Shown: positions 1-9,881, counted from the first letter of the stretch. The stretch: DNA of 64,000 nucleotides from Candidatus Melainabacteria bacterium 17Bon1m (GCA_032128875.1 JAVLKG010000002.1:1-64000), one strand, 5' to 3'. A program made the numbers and translations. The notes: generated from the letters alone by a model not told the origin.

Positions 1-71
1 TTTTCTCCTCCCAGCACTATTTCCCGACAGTTGTATGTGCGTCCAGCATCACTGTCAAGACCATAGTAAGA

Positions 72-93
72 GGGGCGACGCCATGCGTCGACC
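72..93. repeat. REP-like palindrome, copy 1 (core CGACGCCATGCGTCG)
   Basis: GGGGCGACGCCATGCGTCGACC; near-identical copies at 27236-27256 (reverse), 45069-45090 and 45128-45150. Confidence 0.7.
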
Positions 94-106
94 GGTTCAA
101 ACTGAT

Positions 107-337
107 CTATCGAACAATCGCGACCATATAAATGTAGAAGACCACAATTGTTATAAGCCAGAGGACGCCCAGCACCTTATAGAAGGTGTCCGAGGCCTGC
201 AATGCGCGGTTCTGCCTGCGCGGACTGTAGCATTCCGGGTGAAGTCCTGCGGTTTGCCAGCGAGGGAGTTTGGCTACAGGAAGTTTATTTACTTTGGTTG
301 GCACGGCAAAGCCGGAGCCCGTCATAGATACTGGCAT
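107..337 (-). CDS. small hypothetical protein with one C-terminal TM helix
   Basis: ORF 107..403, likelier ATG at 337 (MPVSMTG...); ends in hydrophobic VLGVLWLITIVVFYIYMVAIV. Confidence 0.5.
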   Translation of the reverse strand: MPVSMTGSGFAVPTKVNKLPVAKLPRWQTAGLHPECYSPRRQNRALQASDTFYKVLGVLWLITIVVFYIYMVAIVR

Positions 338-497
338 AATCTTTCGTCCGGTTAGTGTTGTTTCTATTGTCAACCTCGTTTTTGAAACTTTCGTGAGAAC
401 CAAAACTGAGCGCTAACAAATGTTGCGATGCTGACATAATATGGGCGGAAACCGAAAGCCCACTTAGGTCAAGCCCCTCTGCTCAGGAAGTAGAACA

Positions 498-1784
498 TTG
501 GAGAAATTCACCGGTTTACTCGGGATCGTGACCATATTTGGCATCGCATTCCTGATGAGCAACAATAAGAAGAAGCTCAACTGGCGGCTGATTGGCAGCG
601 GTTTTCTCTTGCAGATTTTGCTTGCAGTCTTTGTTCTCAAAGTCGATTTCGGGCGGCAAATGTTCGCTGCAATAGGAGACGGTATTACCGCGTTATTGCA
701 CTGTTCTGACAAAGGAGCCGAATTTGTCTTTGGTCCCCTTGTTGCCAAAGATGTTACCGATCGTGTGTTCGGTCCAGGCTCGATGATTTTTGCATTCAAA
801 GTTGTTCCGACGATTATTTTTGTTTCCAGCCTGGTGAGCATCTCCTATTACCTTGGCATTATGCAGAAGGTTGTACAGGTGGTGGCACGGGTAGTGTCAC
901 TGATTATGGGCGCCAGCGGTGCCGAAGCTTTGTCTAATGCCGCTAGTGTCTTCGTAGGACAAGTGGAGGCGCAGCTTCTAATCCGCCCCTACGTCGCTTC
1001 GATGACTATGTCCGAGCTCCTCGCTTCTATGACCGGCTCTATGGCTTGCGTCGCTGGTGGTGTGCTTGCTGTTTATATAGGTATGGGCATCAAGGCGCAG
1101 TATCTCTTAACCGCCAGCATTATGGCTGCGCCGGGCGGGTTGGTGATTTCAAAGATTGTCTGGCCGGAAACTGAAGAGTCGAAGACTAAAGGCAAAGTAC
1201 AAATTGAGGTTCAGAAAACAAATGCCAACGTGATTGACGCTGCGGCACATGGAGCCTCAGATGGTCTACGCATCGGACTCAACGTAGTTGCTATGCTGCT
1301 TGCATTCATAGCTCTTATCTACCTTGGCGACATTTGCGTCGGCTTCGTCGGGCGAGGTTTGACCACTCTGGGCCTAAACGGTGCCGCAATTGGAGTGGAT
1401 CTCGCCAATCTTACGCTCAAAGATCTATTCGGTTTGTTCTTTGCTCCTATTGCATGGTTGCTGGGTGTACCGTGGTCGGATGCCCCGACGGTCGGAAAGC
1501 TCATGGGCGAAAAGATGGCTATCAACGAGTTTGTCGCTTATATGGACATGTCCAATTTGCTCAAGGATCCGCACGGTAATCACTTAGGACCTCAGGCTGA
1601 AACCATCGCTACGTTTGCGCTTTGCGGTTTTGCAAACCTGAGCTCAATCGCTATGCAAATCGGCGGCATTGGTGAGATTGCTCCCAGCCGACGGGCCGAC
1701 CTTGCGCGGCTTGGCGTGAAGGCGCTCATTTGCGGCACCATGGCAAGCTATCTGTCCGCTGCCCTGGCCGGGCTTTTGACGTAG
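498..1784 (+). CDS. nupC: NupC/CNT-family concentrative nucleoside transporter
   Basis: Motifs FAFKVVPTIIF, SVFVGQVEA, INEFVAY, FALCGFANLSSIAMQIGGIG; TTG start with AGGAAG RBS. Confidence 0.93.
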   Translation: MEKFTGLLGIVTIFGIAFLMSNNKKKLNWRLIGSGFLLQILLAVFVLKVDFGRQMFAAIGDGITALLHCSDKGAEFVFGPLVAKDVTDRVFGPGSMIFAFKVVPTIIFVSSLVSISYYLGIMQKVVQVVARVVSLIMGASGAEALSNAASVFVGQVEAQLLIRPYVASMTMSELLASMTGSMACVAGGVLAVYIGMGIKAQYLLTASIMAAPGGLVISKIVWPETEESKTKGKVQIEVQKTNANVIDAAAHGASDGLRIGLNVVAMLLAFIALIYLGDICVGFVGRGLTTLGLNGAAIGVDLANLTLKDLFGLFFAPIAWLLGVPWSDAPTVGKLMGEKMAINEFVAYMDMSNLLKDPHGNHLGPQAETIATFALCGFANLSSIAMQIGGIGEIAPSRRADLARLGVKALICGTMASYLSAALAGLLT

Positions 1785-1824
1785 GTGCAGGAGCTCAGTG
1801 GCTTCGATTTGGCTCTTAGTAGAT

Positions 1825-1851
1825 GGAAGATTTTCCAGAGAGAAATCTTCC
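1825..1851 (+). terminator. hairpin after nupC, probable terminator
   Basis: GGAAGATTT...AAATCTTCC 9-bp stem 41 nt after the stop. Confidence 0.45.
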
Positions 1852-1983
1852 TTGCGTAGTGGCGAGGTATCGCCAGGGTTGGGATTGGCAATGGAAATGC
1901 GCTTCAGGTAATGCAGGCGCAAGTCTGTAAATATGATGCTTGGCGCCGATAAATGCCGGAAGCTGGCAATCTAAGGCGACCAC

Positions 1984-2029
1984 TTCGTGAAACGAACACC
2001 GCGTGCAACAACTTTTCGTGGAACGAACA
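1984..2029. promoter_or_regulatory. two palindromic operator-like sites TTCGT-N3-ACGAA upstream of cstA
   Basis: TTCGTGAAACGAACA (1984-1998) and TTCGTGGAACGAACA (2015-2029), 31 bp apart. Confidence 0.5.
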
Positions 2030-2081
2030 TTTCGTAAGCCAGACTAATGCACGGGACACAGATTCTCTGGGGAAACCGCAA

Positions 2082-4214
2082 GTGAATAAGGTGATGTCAA
2101 TTGTTTTGTGGTCGCTGGTAAGCCTTCTTGGCGCCGGGTCGCTTGGGCTCATCGCCTTTTCGAACGGAGAGAAAGTCAACGCCGTTTTCTTGATCTCTGC
2201 AGCGGTTTGCACATTTGCGGTTGCATATCGCTTTTACAGCAAATTTATCGCTGAGAAAGTTTTCGCTCTCAATGACGACACTGTCACTCCCGCAATCTCG
2301 ATGGACGATGGCAAAGACTACGTGCCGACCCACAAGTGGGTTTTGTTTGGTCACCACTTCGCGGCTATCGCTGGTGCCGGACCTTTAGTTGGACCTATCC
2401 TGGCTGCACAATTTGGATATCTGCCTGGAACCATCTGGCTGATTGTAGGCGCTGTACTAGCAGGTGCCGTGCAGGATTTCGTCATCTTGTGCGCTTCCAT
2501 GAGACGCAAAGGCAAGTCTCTTGGTCAGATGGCCAAGGAAGAAATCAGCCCGCTTGCAGGTGTGGTGGCGTTGGTTGCCATTCTCCTCATTATGATGATT
2601 TTGATGGCGGTGCTCGCGCTGGTCATTGTTAATGCTCTGAAGGGCAGCCCGTGGGGCGCGTTTACCCTTCTAATGACGATTCCAATTGCGATGATTGTCG
2701 GCGTCTACATGCGTTTTATTCGAGTGGAGAAAATTCTCGAAGGGTCTCTCATTGGCGTTGTTCTCACAATTCTTGCTGTGGTCGCCGGGAAGTATGTCGC
2801 CGCCGATCCTAATCTGGCTGTGTATTTCACTTTGAAAGGGGAAGCGCTTTCCTTCTGGATTATGGCTTACGGATTTTGCGCTTCCGTTCTGCCTGTATGG
2901 GTTCTTTTGGCACCGCGCGACTACCTTTCTGCATTCCTGAAAATCGGAATCATACTGCTGCTCGCCGCGGGCATCCTAGTTTTGCACCCTGATCTTGAAA
3001 TGCCTGCTCTGACAAAATTTGCAAATGGACAGGGTCCGCTTTTTTACGGCAATATTTTTCCATTCTGTTTCATAACCATTGCTTGTGGTGCCGTCAGCGG
3101 CTTTCACTCTCTCGTATCGTCCGGGACTACGCCCAAGATGATTGCCAAAGAACCACATGCCCGCCCAATCGGCTATGCAAGCATGCTGTGCGAATCCAGC
3201 GTTGCAATCATGGCAATCATCGCTGCTTGCGTACTTGCGCCTGGAACATATTTCGCCATTAACAGCCCTAAGGGTATTGTCGGAACTGACGTAGTTCAGG
3301 CCGCTGCCACCATCACATCTTGGGGCTACGAAGTGACCCCGCAAACTATGGAGGCTCTGGCTAAAGACGTTGGCGAAGAAAGTCTCATGGGCAGAACGGG
3401 CGGTGGTCCAACACTCGCCGTTGGAATGGCTCACATATTCTCGAAAGCTGTTTCGTCGGTGGCTGGGTCCGGTGCACTCGATGTGTCCTTCTGGTATCAC
3501 TTTGCCATTATGTTCGAGGCTTTGTTTATTCTCACTTGTCTTGATGCGGGGACGCGAGTTGGGCGATTCTTGCTGCAGGATTTCTTGGGACTTTTGTGGA
3601 AACCTTTAGGGCGGACTAGCTGGTATCCATCGGTCATTTTGAGTTCTGCATTGGTAGTTGGCGGCTGGGGGTATTTCCTCTACCAGGGCGTCGTAGATCC
3701 ACTCGGTGGCATCAATAGCTTGTGGCCATTGTTCGGCATCGCCAACCAGTTGCTCGCAGTGGTGGCACTGGTAGTTGGCACAACGGTAATCATAAAAATG
3801 GGTAAGGCGAAGTACAGCTTTGTTACCTTGGTGCCGCTTGTCTGGCTACTTTGCGTCACATTCAGCGCCGGTTATCTCAAGATATTCAGCCCTGAGCCAA
3901 AACTCGGATTTCTCGCGCACGCACAGATGCTGAAAGATAAAGTCACACAAGGAAATTTGACACCGGCGGAAGTTCACACGCAGAACGTACTGATTTTCAA
4001 CGATTATCTCGATGCCACCATGGGCGGAGTGTTCTTGTTGCTGGTACTTATTATTGTTGTGGAAGCATTGAGGTGCGGGTTTGGGCATAGGCAGACAAGC
4101 TCCGCCGCCACCGGTCCGGATGAAATTACAGGGCAGACGAATATCGATGGTGCCGTAGCTTTCAGCGGACCGTCTGATATACCGCCGGATGCTCCACCAA
4201 TGCGCTGCTGCTAA
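2082..4214 (+). CDS. cstA: carbon starvation protein A (CstA/BtsT-family peptide or pyruvate transporter)
   Basis: Motifs [56 protein letters not shown]; likely GTG start at 2082 (ORF track 1953); ends PMRCC. Confidence 0.95.
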   Translation: MNKVMSIVLWSLVSLLGAGSLGLIAFSNGEKVNAVFLISAAVCTFAVAYRFYSKFIAEKVFALNDDTVTPAISMDDGKDYVPTHKWVLFGHHFAAIAGAGPLVGPILAAQFGYLPGTIWLIVGAVLAGAVQDFVILCASMRRKGKSLGQMAKEEISPLAGVVALVAILLIMMILMAVLALVIVNALKGSPWGAFTLLMTIPIAMIVGVYMRFIRVEKILEGSLIGVVLTILAVVAGKYVAADPNLAVYFTLKGEALSFWIMAYGFCASVLPVWVLLAPRDYLSAFLKIGIILLLAAGILVLHPDLEMPALTKFANGQGPLFYGNIFPFCFITIACGAVSGFHSLVSSGTTPKMIAKEPHARPIGYASMLCESSVAIMAIIAACVLAPGTYFAINSPKGIVGTDVVQAAATITSWGYEVTPQTMEALAKDVGEESLMGRTGGGPTLAVGMAHIFSKAVSSVAGSGALDVSFWYHFAIMFEALFILTCLDAGTRVGRFLLQDFLGLLWKPLGRTSWYPSVILSSALVVGGWGYFLYQGVVDPLGGINSLWPLFGIANQLLAVVALVVGTTVIIKMGKAKYSFVTLVPLVWLLCVTFSAGYLKIFSPEPKLGFLAHAQMLKDKVTQGNLTPAEVHTQNVLIFNDYLDATMGGVFLLLVLIIVVEALRCGFGHRQTSSAATGPDEITGQTNIDGAVAFSGPSDIPPDAPPMRCC

Positions 4215-4224
4215 AATTACAACC

Positions 4225-5049
4225 ATGATTCCAGAACTCAAGGAACTAGTCGAAAACGAACTCAACTCCGGAGAACAACTTCTCTGGTGCGGGCAACCAG
4301 ACGCGGATAAATTTATCGCTTCTATTGTTCCTGCCTCTGTTGTTTGGCTTTCAGGCTTGTTCCTTTTCTGTGTCGGAGTGATGGGGCAAGCCGGCGATCG
4401 GCAAGGCAATGTTTTGCCGGGGCTGATTGGACTTCTCGTTTTAGTTGCTCTAATCGGTGTTCTCGAGATTATTTTCGTGCCGCTTCGGGCGCGCCAAACT
4501 GTCTATGCCCTGACGGATCGCAGAGCTTTTATACTTACGATACGCAGCCGTTTTACGCATGATGAATCCGGGCGTTCGCATCTGTACGGCAAGAATTTGA
4601 TCAGCGAGCAGAAGAACACTCCAGGGCAGTTTTACTTGTCCAATCTTCCTGCTCAATTGATTTTCGCTTTCCTTGCTATCGATGTTGCTATCTCGATTGT
4701 TCGGCGCTTTGACGTTTTTGTCGCTCTCGGTTTTCTCTTTGTAGTCGTTGGTTGGATTTTGCACTGGTATCAAGACCTGCGCTTGCCACTTGCAAAGTTT
4801 CGCGACACTCCCAAAGTCACTTACAGCGTCAGTGATTTGATTATTTCCATTGAAGACATTCCGTATTCGGAAATTTCTTCAACCTCGATACGCAAAGGAA
4901 AAGACGATCGCGCGGACATCTTTCTGATGTCGAACAATCGCGGTGTGCTGCGAATGAAGTGCACCACTGACGTGACTAAGGCGCTCGACGTGTTTAACAA
5001 ACACTACCCGCCGACGAGAGTCAGCGATAATTCCGAATCAGTCGGTTAA
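4225..5049 (+). CDS. hypothetical membrane protein (4 TM; bacterial PH-like ELxxGEQLLWxGQP...TVYALTDRRA family)
   Basis: ATG 10 nt after the cstA stop; two TM hairpins; motif recognised by eye. Confidence 0.65.
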   Translation: MIPELKELVENELNSGEQLLWCGQPDADKFIASIVPASVVWLSGLFLFCVGVMGQAGDRQGNVLPGLIGLLVLVALIGVLEIIFVPLRARQTVYALTDRRAFILTIRSRFTHDESGRSHLYGKNLISEQKNTPGQFYLSNLPAQLIFAFLAIDVAISIVRRFDVFVALGFLFVVVGWILHWYQDLRLPLAKFRDTPKVTYSVSDLIISIEDIPYSEISSTSIRKGKDDRADIFLMSNNRGVLRMKCTTDVTKALDVFNKHYPPTRVSDNSESVG

Positions 5050-5839
5050 AGACTTCTGCATTATGCGGCGCTCCCGCACGGCTGAATAATACTTTTCCCG
5101 ATGAATCAAGGAACACCAGATGTGGTGTTTGTGAGACACTGTATTTCGCTTTCAATTCCGTGCTGCTATCAAAGTCAATTTCTTCGAATGCGATATCACG
5201 CCACTGCGATTTTACCGCAGCATAAGTGGGTGCAAAATTTTGGCATGTCGAACACCAAGGAGCCGTGAACTCGAGAATTTTGGTAACTCGCGATCTAGTC
5301 TGATTTGTGCCTGAAGAGTTAGAGTTTGAAATTGAACTCGTTGTCGAGCTTGAGTTTGAACCCGAACCAGAATAACCCGAACTGCCAGAGCCCGAATTGG
5401 AACCAGAATTTCCAAACGGCGGAATATAGTCACCAGCCATGGGCGTACTGCCTTTAGCGGTAGAACTAGCCACATACGACTTCGTTCCGCCCATTCCCTT
5501 TAATCCTTGCAATGCCATCGCTTTCAAGCGCGCATCACCATTGGTGGCAACCCATTGGTATTCAGATCTAGCTTTGTCGAAGTGCCCGAGCGCCTGGCGT
5601 GTAAGACCCAGGTAATATCTGATCAACGCATTGGTCGGATAGGCTGCCTTAAGCGACTCAAATTCACTTGCCGCCATCGCATATTTTCCAGATGTGTAGT
5701 CCGAGACCGCTTTGTTGTAAGCGGAGTTGCCCCCAAATGCTGGGAATGCCGAGACTAGCAAAGTTGATAACAGTACTGAAATGGCTGCTGCATAAAACCT
5801 TGAAGTGAGTTTGTTTCTTGAAGCACTTGTGCAACACAT
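5021..5839 (-). CDS. secreted TPR-like + Ser/Gly linker + thioredoxin-domain protein (WCSTC)
   Basis: Signal-like N-terminus; TPR-like YNKAVSDYTSGKY...RYYLGL; C-terminal EFTAPWCSTC...TPHLVFLD thioredoxin fold. Confidence 0.85.
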   Translation of the reverse strand: MCCTSASRNKLTSRFYAAAISVLLSTLLVSAFPAFGGNSAYNKAVSDYTSGKYAMAASEFESLKAAYPTNALIRYYLGLTRQALGHFDKARSEYQWVATNGDARLKAMALQGLKGMGGTKSYVASSTAKGSTPMAGDYIPPFGNSGSNSGSGSSGYSGSGSNSSSTTSSISNSNSSGTNQTRSRVTKILEFTAPWCSTCQNFAPTYAAVKSQWRDIAFEEIDFDSSTELKAKYSVSQTPHLVFLDSSGKVLFSRAGAPHNAEVFNRLIRNYR

Positions 5840-5995
5840 CGCTGATTCTCCAACTATCTAAATAACTAACTAAAGAATTGCGTCTCTTGAGTAAAACAAA
5901 ATCGCGAGACAAACATCTCGCGATTTGCATTTTGGGCAGATTGTTGAACAATTGCGGAGAAGAGCACAACGCCTAAAAGCGTTGCTATCGTTTCC

Positions 5996-6658
5996 TTAGC
6001 GGAATCTGTTGATTGCCTCTGCAAATTGTTCTTCATCGTGGAAGGCACCGCCGTTGTATAGGACATTGCCACTTGAGTCCAGGAATACTAGTCGAGGAAT
6101 TCCTTTGACGTCGTATTTGTTACTTAAATCCTTGTCTTGATCTACATCAACGACCTGGAATTGAACATCGGAGAATTTACGTTTTGTCGCCTCAAACACG
6201 GGGGCGAATTTCTTGCAAGGCCCTCACCAGTCTGCATAAAACTCGTAAATCTTCCTGACTTTTGCACCGGCGACTGGCCTGCCACCTGCCGCTGGAGAGG
6301 CTGATGCTGTGCTCATTGAACCAGACGAAGAACTTGATGCTTTCACTCCGCTCATACGAGACAATCCTTGCGATGCAAGACCCTTCAGTCTCGCGTCTCC
6401 ATATTGCGAAGCCAACTCGTATTCTTGTTTGGCTTTGTCAAAATGCCCAAGTGCCTGGCGGCAAAGGGCGAGGTAATAATGCGTCAACGCGTTTGTCGGA
6501 TACTGCGCTTTGACGGTTTCGAACTCAGATGCTGCTTGTCCATACTTTCCTGCGTTGTAGTCAGCAACCGCTTGTGCATACAAGTTAGGTGCCGACATCG
6601 CAGGTAAAACTGCTATCAATAAGGATGCAAGCGCACCTGCCACATGATTTTTTCTCAT
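5996..6658 (-). CDS. secreted TPR-like + thioredoxin protein with in-frame TGA at the active site (W-U-G-P-C), probable 220-aa selenoprotein
   Basis: ORFs 6224..6658 and 5996..6199 are one frame joined across TGA 6226-6224: ...EFYADW*GPCKKFAPVFEATK...GIPRLVFLD; colinear with the Cys paralog at 5021..5839. Confidence 0.85.
6187..6207 (-). promoter_or_regulatory. candidate bacterial SECIS hairpin
   Basis: mRNA UCGCC-CCCGUGUUUGA-GGCGA; stem starts 16 nt 3' of the UGA. Confidence 0.5.
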
Positions 6659-6737
6659 TAGGTAAATGCCTCGACCGGTTTACTCAAGACTTATATTCTA
6701 AACCGAATGCTTGCAAAGGACTTACCTGTTGAGAGGG

Positions 6738-6941
6738 CTACAGATCCTCTAGTCGAGCTACGAAGGCAGAGTCCGTATCGGTCAAAACACGTTTGACTCC
6801 CGCAAGCTTGTTTGGCCCCCACGAGTCGGGAACGACGCCATCATTTACTCGCGGGAATGTAAGGAGCTGCGTCAGCATGCCCATCAGGGCAGTTTCACTA
6901 GCCTGAGCATGTTGCTCACGCGTCTGCAGTATTTGAGACAT
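6738..6941 (-). CDS. small hypothetical protein (67 aa)
   Basis: ORF fills an otherwise empty gap, co-oriented with the thioredoxin genes; no motif recognised. Confidence 0.4.
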   Translation of the reverse strand: MSQILQTREQHAQASETALMGMLTQLLTFPRVNDGVVPDSWGPNKLAGVKRVLTDTDSAFVARLEDL

Positions 6942-7130
6942 GTGTGATTTTCCGTGGGGGAAGTATGTTTAAGCCGTAGAGTTGTGTATCCGTTATCGCT
7001 GAGGTTTTTGACAGGATTATGGATTAAACCTGGCCTGGCCCGTCTAACTGCTTGCGGACGGGTGTCCTCCAAAAGCTGAAAACGTCGAACCCGCTTGGCT
7101 TTTGTGGTAAATCTGATGGAACGCCTGATC

Positions 7131-7167
7131 AATAGACCTCTGCAAATAGACCTCTGCAGATAGACCC
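7131..7167. repeat. 14-bp tandem repeat (2 exact copies plus a partial)
   Basis: AATAGACCTCTGCA AATAGACCTCTGCA GATAGACCC upstream of the Ntn hydrolase. Confidence 0.8.
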
Positions 7168-7198
7168 GCTACAATCTTGCCTCTCCAGGGAGGCAGTC

Positions 7199-8365
7199 AT
7201 GGCACATTTTCCGAGACAGATATTGGCTTTTCGTAGGTTTTGCTTTCGGCGCCCCTTTTTCATTCACCGCCCCTTATCCATTCAGAGTTCGTTCGCTTTC
7301 GCTTTGAGCGTCATTTTGCTTTGTGCGCTTGGGTTTCCGGCATTTGCCTGCACTGACTTTCGGGTGAACGCAACGGATGGTTCGATTGTGATTGGGCGAA
7401 GCATGGAATGGGGACTGGACTTGAAGTCTCAATTGATGAAACACCCCAGAGGCGAAAAGGTTCAATCTCTTGCCCCAGACGGAAGACCAGGGCTTGCGTG
7501 GACATCGAAGTTTGGATTCGTCGGGATAAATGCTCATGGCACAGACCTTTCCCTGGATGGACTCAACGAAAAAGGCTTTTCAATTGAGTTCTTATGGTTG
7601 CCTGGAAGCGTTTATCAAACAGTCACTGACGCAGACGTTTCCAGTGCCGTCTCGCTCTTAGACCTTGGCTCCTGGTTTTTGGGGAATTTTGAAACAGTCG
7701 AAGAGGCAAAAACAGCCGCAAAGAGAATTAAGGTCTGGGCTCCTCAATTGCCCGACTGGGGAGGTTCTCCGACCGTGCACATCGCGCTCCACGATGCAAC
7801 CGGAAAGAGCGCTGTTGTCGAGTTTACCGACGGGGCAATGAAGGTTTTCGACAATCCCAATGGCGTTTTAACCAATGCGCCCACGTTCGATTGGCAGCTC
7901 ACCAATTTGCGCAATTACATCAATCTGTCGCCCTTTTCGCAAAAGGGAAAGGCTTTCGGCTCCCTTGATTTAGAGCCCACGGGACAAGGCACCGGCCTCT
8001 GTGGAATGCCCGGTGACTTGTCGCCACCGTCGCGTTTCGTGCACACTTCTGCCTACGTGCACTTCGCGAATCCCGTTGCCGATGCGAAGTCTGCCGTGCT
8101 CTTAGCTCAACATATCCTCAACTCGGTGGACATACCGGTAGGTGTGATTCGCACCGCTGATAGTGGCAGTCTCCACTGTGATTACACACAGTGGATTGTA
8201 ATCAAGGATTTGAAAAATAAGACGTTCCACTACCGTGCTTATTCTGATATTTCGCTACACACCATTCAGCTAGATCAGATGAATTTTGCCGAGGGCAGCA
8301 AGCCCAAGTCATGCCCGATTGCTGGCGATACCTACTTTTGCGACGTCAGCAATTACCTTAAGTAA
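7199..8365 (+). CDS. choloylglycine hydrolase / penicillin V acylase family Ntn hydrolase, secreted
   Basis: Signal peptide ending AFA followed by nucleophile CTDF; GRSMEW, DGLNEKG, VLTNAP, PGDLSPPSRFV; start uncertain. Confidence 0.9.
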   Translation: MAHFPRQILAFRRFCFRRPFFIHRPLSIQSSFAFALSVILLCALGFPAFACTDFRVNATDGSIVIGRSMEWGLDLKSQLMKHPRGEKVQSLAPDGRPGLAWTSKFGFVGINAHGTDLSLDGLNEKGFSIEFLWLPGSVYQTVTDADVSSAVSLLDLGSWFLGNFETVEEAKTAAKRIKVWAPQLPDWGGSPTVHIALHDATGKSAVVEFTDGAMKVFDNPNGVLTNAPTFDWQLTNLRNYINLSPFSQKGKAFGSLDLEPTGQGTGLCGMPGDLSPPSRFVHTSAYVHFANPVADAKSAVLLAQHILNSVDIPVGVIRTADSGSLHCDYTQWIVIKDLKNKTFHYRAYSDISLHTIQLDQMNFAEGSKPKSCPIAGDTYFCDVSNYLK

Positions 8366-8535
8366 ACCCCGAAAACCCCCGCCCCTGGGAAATAAGCGGA
8401 AAATTTTCCTAGGATATACTATTCTGATGGTAGGGAATCATATATAAGTACCTATTCCGGGTCTCGTTGGTTCTATCAATAGTCTAAGCCGGTCATCGGA
8501 TTTCTTAAGTTCTAGTTCAACCGAAAGCTTAAATC

Positions 8536-9696
8536 ATGGATCTATCTTTTTTCACCCGCCGCTATGTCGATCGTTCTAAGAGCACGGGTTTTCAATTTGA
8601 ATTTTTCTGCGACAGGTGCAACAAAGGACACATGACGCCTTTTCGCATTCATGCCTTAGGTGTGGTCACGTCGATTTGGGACGCCACAGACTGGAAGAAG
8701 GAAAAAGAAAAGGATTTTGATTTCGACACACTAAAAAAGGACGTCTCCAAACTATTTTTGAAAGGGAAAGCCTGGATTGAAGCATATACAAATGCTGTGG
8801 AAGAAGCTCAGAAGTACTTCAAACACTGCGCTCGATGCTTGAAGTGGGTTTGCCCGAAAGAGTGTTATAACCCGCGCGCAAATCTTTGCCAGGGATGCGC
8901 GCCATTGACCGAGGCTGAGAAAGCTGCGCTGCAAGCTGAAGAAAGGAAGAAGTCCCGCAAAACTGCAGAACCTGCCGACGCACCGCGCATTTGTCCGCAT
9001 TGCGGCAAGAGTAATCCGGTTGCGACTTTCTGCGCTGATTGCGGCAAGAAGGTTGTTCAGGATATTTTCTGTTCGAGCTGTGGAGCGAAATGGTCTACAG
9101 AGAAGAAAATGAAGTATTGCCCAAGGTGCGGCGATGAAATGCCGGAGCTCAATTTCCGAACGAAGCCGACTGCAGTTAAGTCCGAGGCGGAGAGGCATGT
9201 CGATAAGGCAGTCGACACCTTTGTTGACCTGTCGACAGAAGTTAAGAAGGTCGCTGATGAATACAAGAAAGTAGCTGAAGACTTTCTTGGATTGTCGTCG
9301 AAGAGCAGAGAATCAGCCAGGACATCGCCACAGACGAATAGCGTCAATCCGGCTGCGGCCGAGTCCAAGCAATCGAATGCCGCTAAGCCGGCTACTGCAA
9401 AACAGGAAGATGGAGCACAACCGAGCCATACGAAGCAATCTTTTGCCTCGAACTCAGATGATTTCGAAGATTTAGGCTCTGCTGATGAAGCCTTGGATAA
9501 AGGGAATACCAACAAGCCCAACTCTGGAGCAAAAGCAAAAGGAAAATCCAGGAAAGTTACGAAGATCTCGAAAGCAAAACGACCTGTAGCGCAGAAGAAA
9601 AAAGCGCCTGCTTCAAAGAAAAGGACGACGAAGTCAAATGAGCCGAAAGGGCAATCTAAGCCAAAAGCTAAGAAGAAGCCAAAACCCAAGTCATAA
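8536..9696 (+). CDS. multi zinc-ribbon (DZR-like) protein with Lys-rich disordered tail
   Basis: GFQFEFFCDRC, CARC..WVC..C..LCQGCAP, then CPHC/CADC/CSSC/CPRC; basic low-complexity C-terminus. Confidence 0.8.
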   Translation: MDLSFFTRRYVDRSKSTGFQFEFFCDRCNKGHMTPFRIHALGVVTSIWDATDWKKEKEKDFDFDTLKKDVSKLFLKGKAWIEAYTNAVEEAQKYFKHCARCLKWVCPKECYNPRANLCQGCAPLTEAEKAALQAEERKKSRKTAEPADAPRICPHCGKSNPVATFCADCGKKVVQDIFCSSCGAKWSTEKKMKYCPRCGDEMPELNFRTKPTAVKSEAERHVDKAVDTFVDLSTEVKKVADEYKKVAEDFLGLSSKSRESARTSPQTNSVNPAAAESKQSNAAKPATAKQEDGAQPSHTKQSFASNSDDFEDLGSADEALDKGNTNKPNSGAKAKGKSRKVTKISKAKRPVAQKKKAPASKKRTTKSNEPKGQSKPKAKKKPKPKS

Positions 9697-9881
9697 GACT
9701 TGTACCTATCATTGCTCATTTTTTGATTTTAGACATAGGTGCGCGCGGACCTTGGGATTCGGGCGAATGTATATTTGCACTCGATTGTTGAGAGAGCTGT
9801 TGGGCGGCCGACCGTGGCGCGTAGTCTTCTGAAGCGGCCAGTTGCCGTACTCTTTTGAACTATTCATTGATAGGTGAAATC

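Noticed and set aside
35-355. 106-aa plus-strand ORF at the window start
   Set aside because: Overlaps the more plausible minus-strand TM gene and a REP-like element; no RBS or motif.
6224-6226. Genome-wide UGA reassignment (code 4 or 25) as the reason for the in-frame TGA
   Set aside because: Many well-defined genes here end properly at TGA (hen1, LysR, arfB, both rsbT copies) and no other gene is interrupted.
9057-9719. 220-aa Phe-rich minus-strand ORF
   Set aside because: Antisense shadow of the Lys-rich tail of the zinc-ribbon gene.
9704-9875. Imperfect 11-bp inverted repeat (ACCTATCATTG / CATTGATAGGT) bracketing the region upstream of hen1, considered as a MITE or ncRNA
   Set aside because: Short, mismatched, no target-site duplication or second copy, and no recognisable RNA family.
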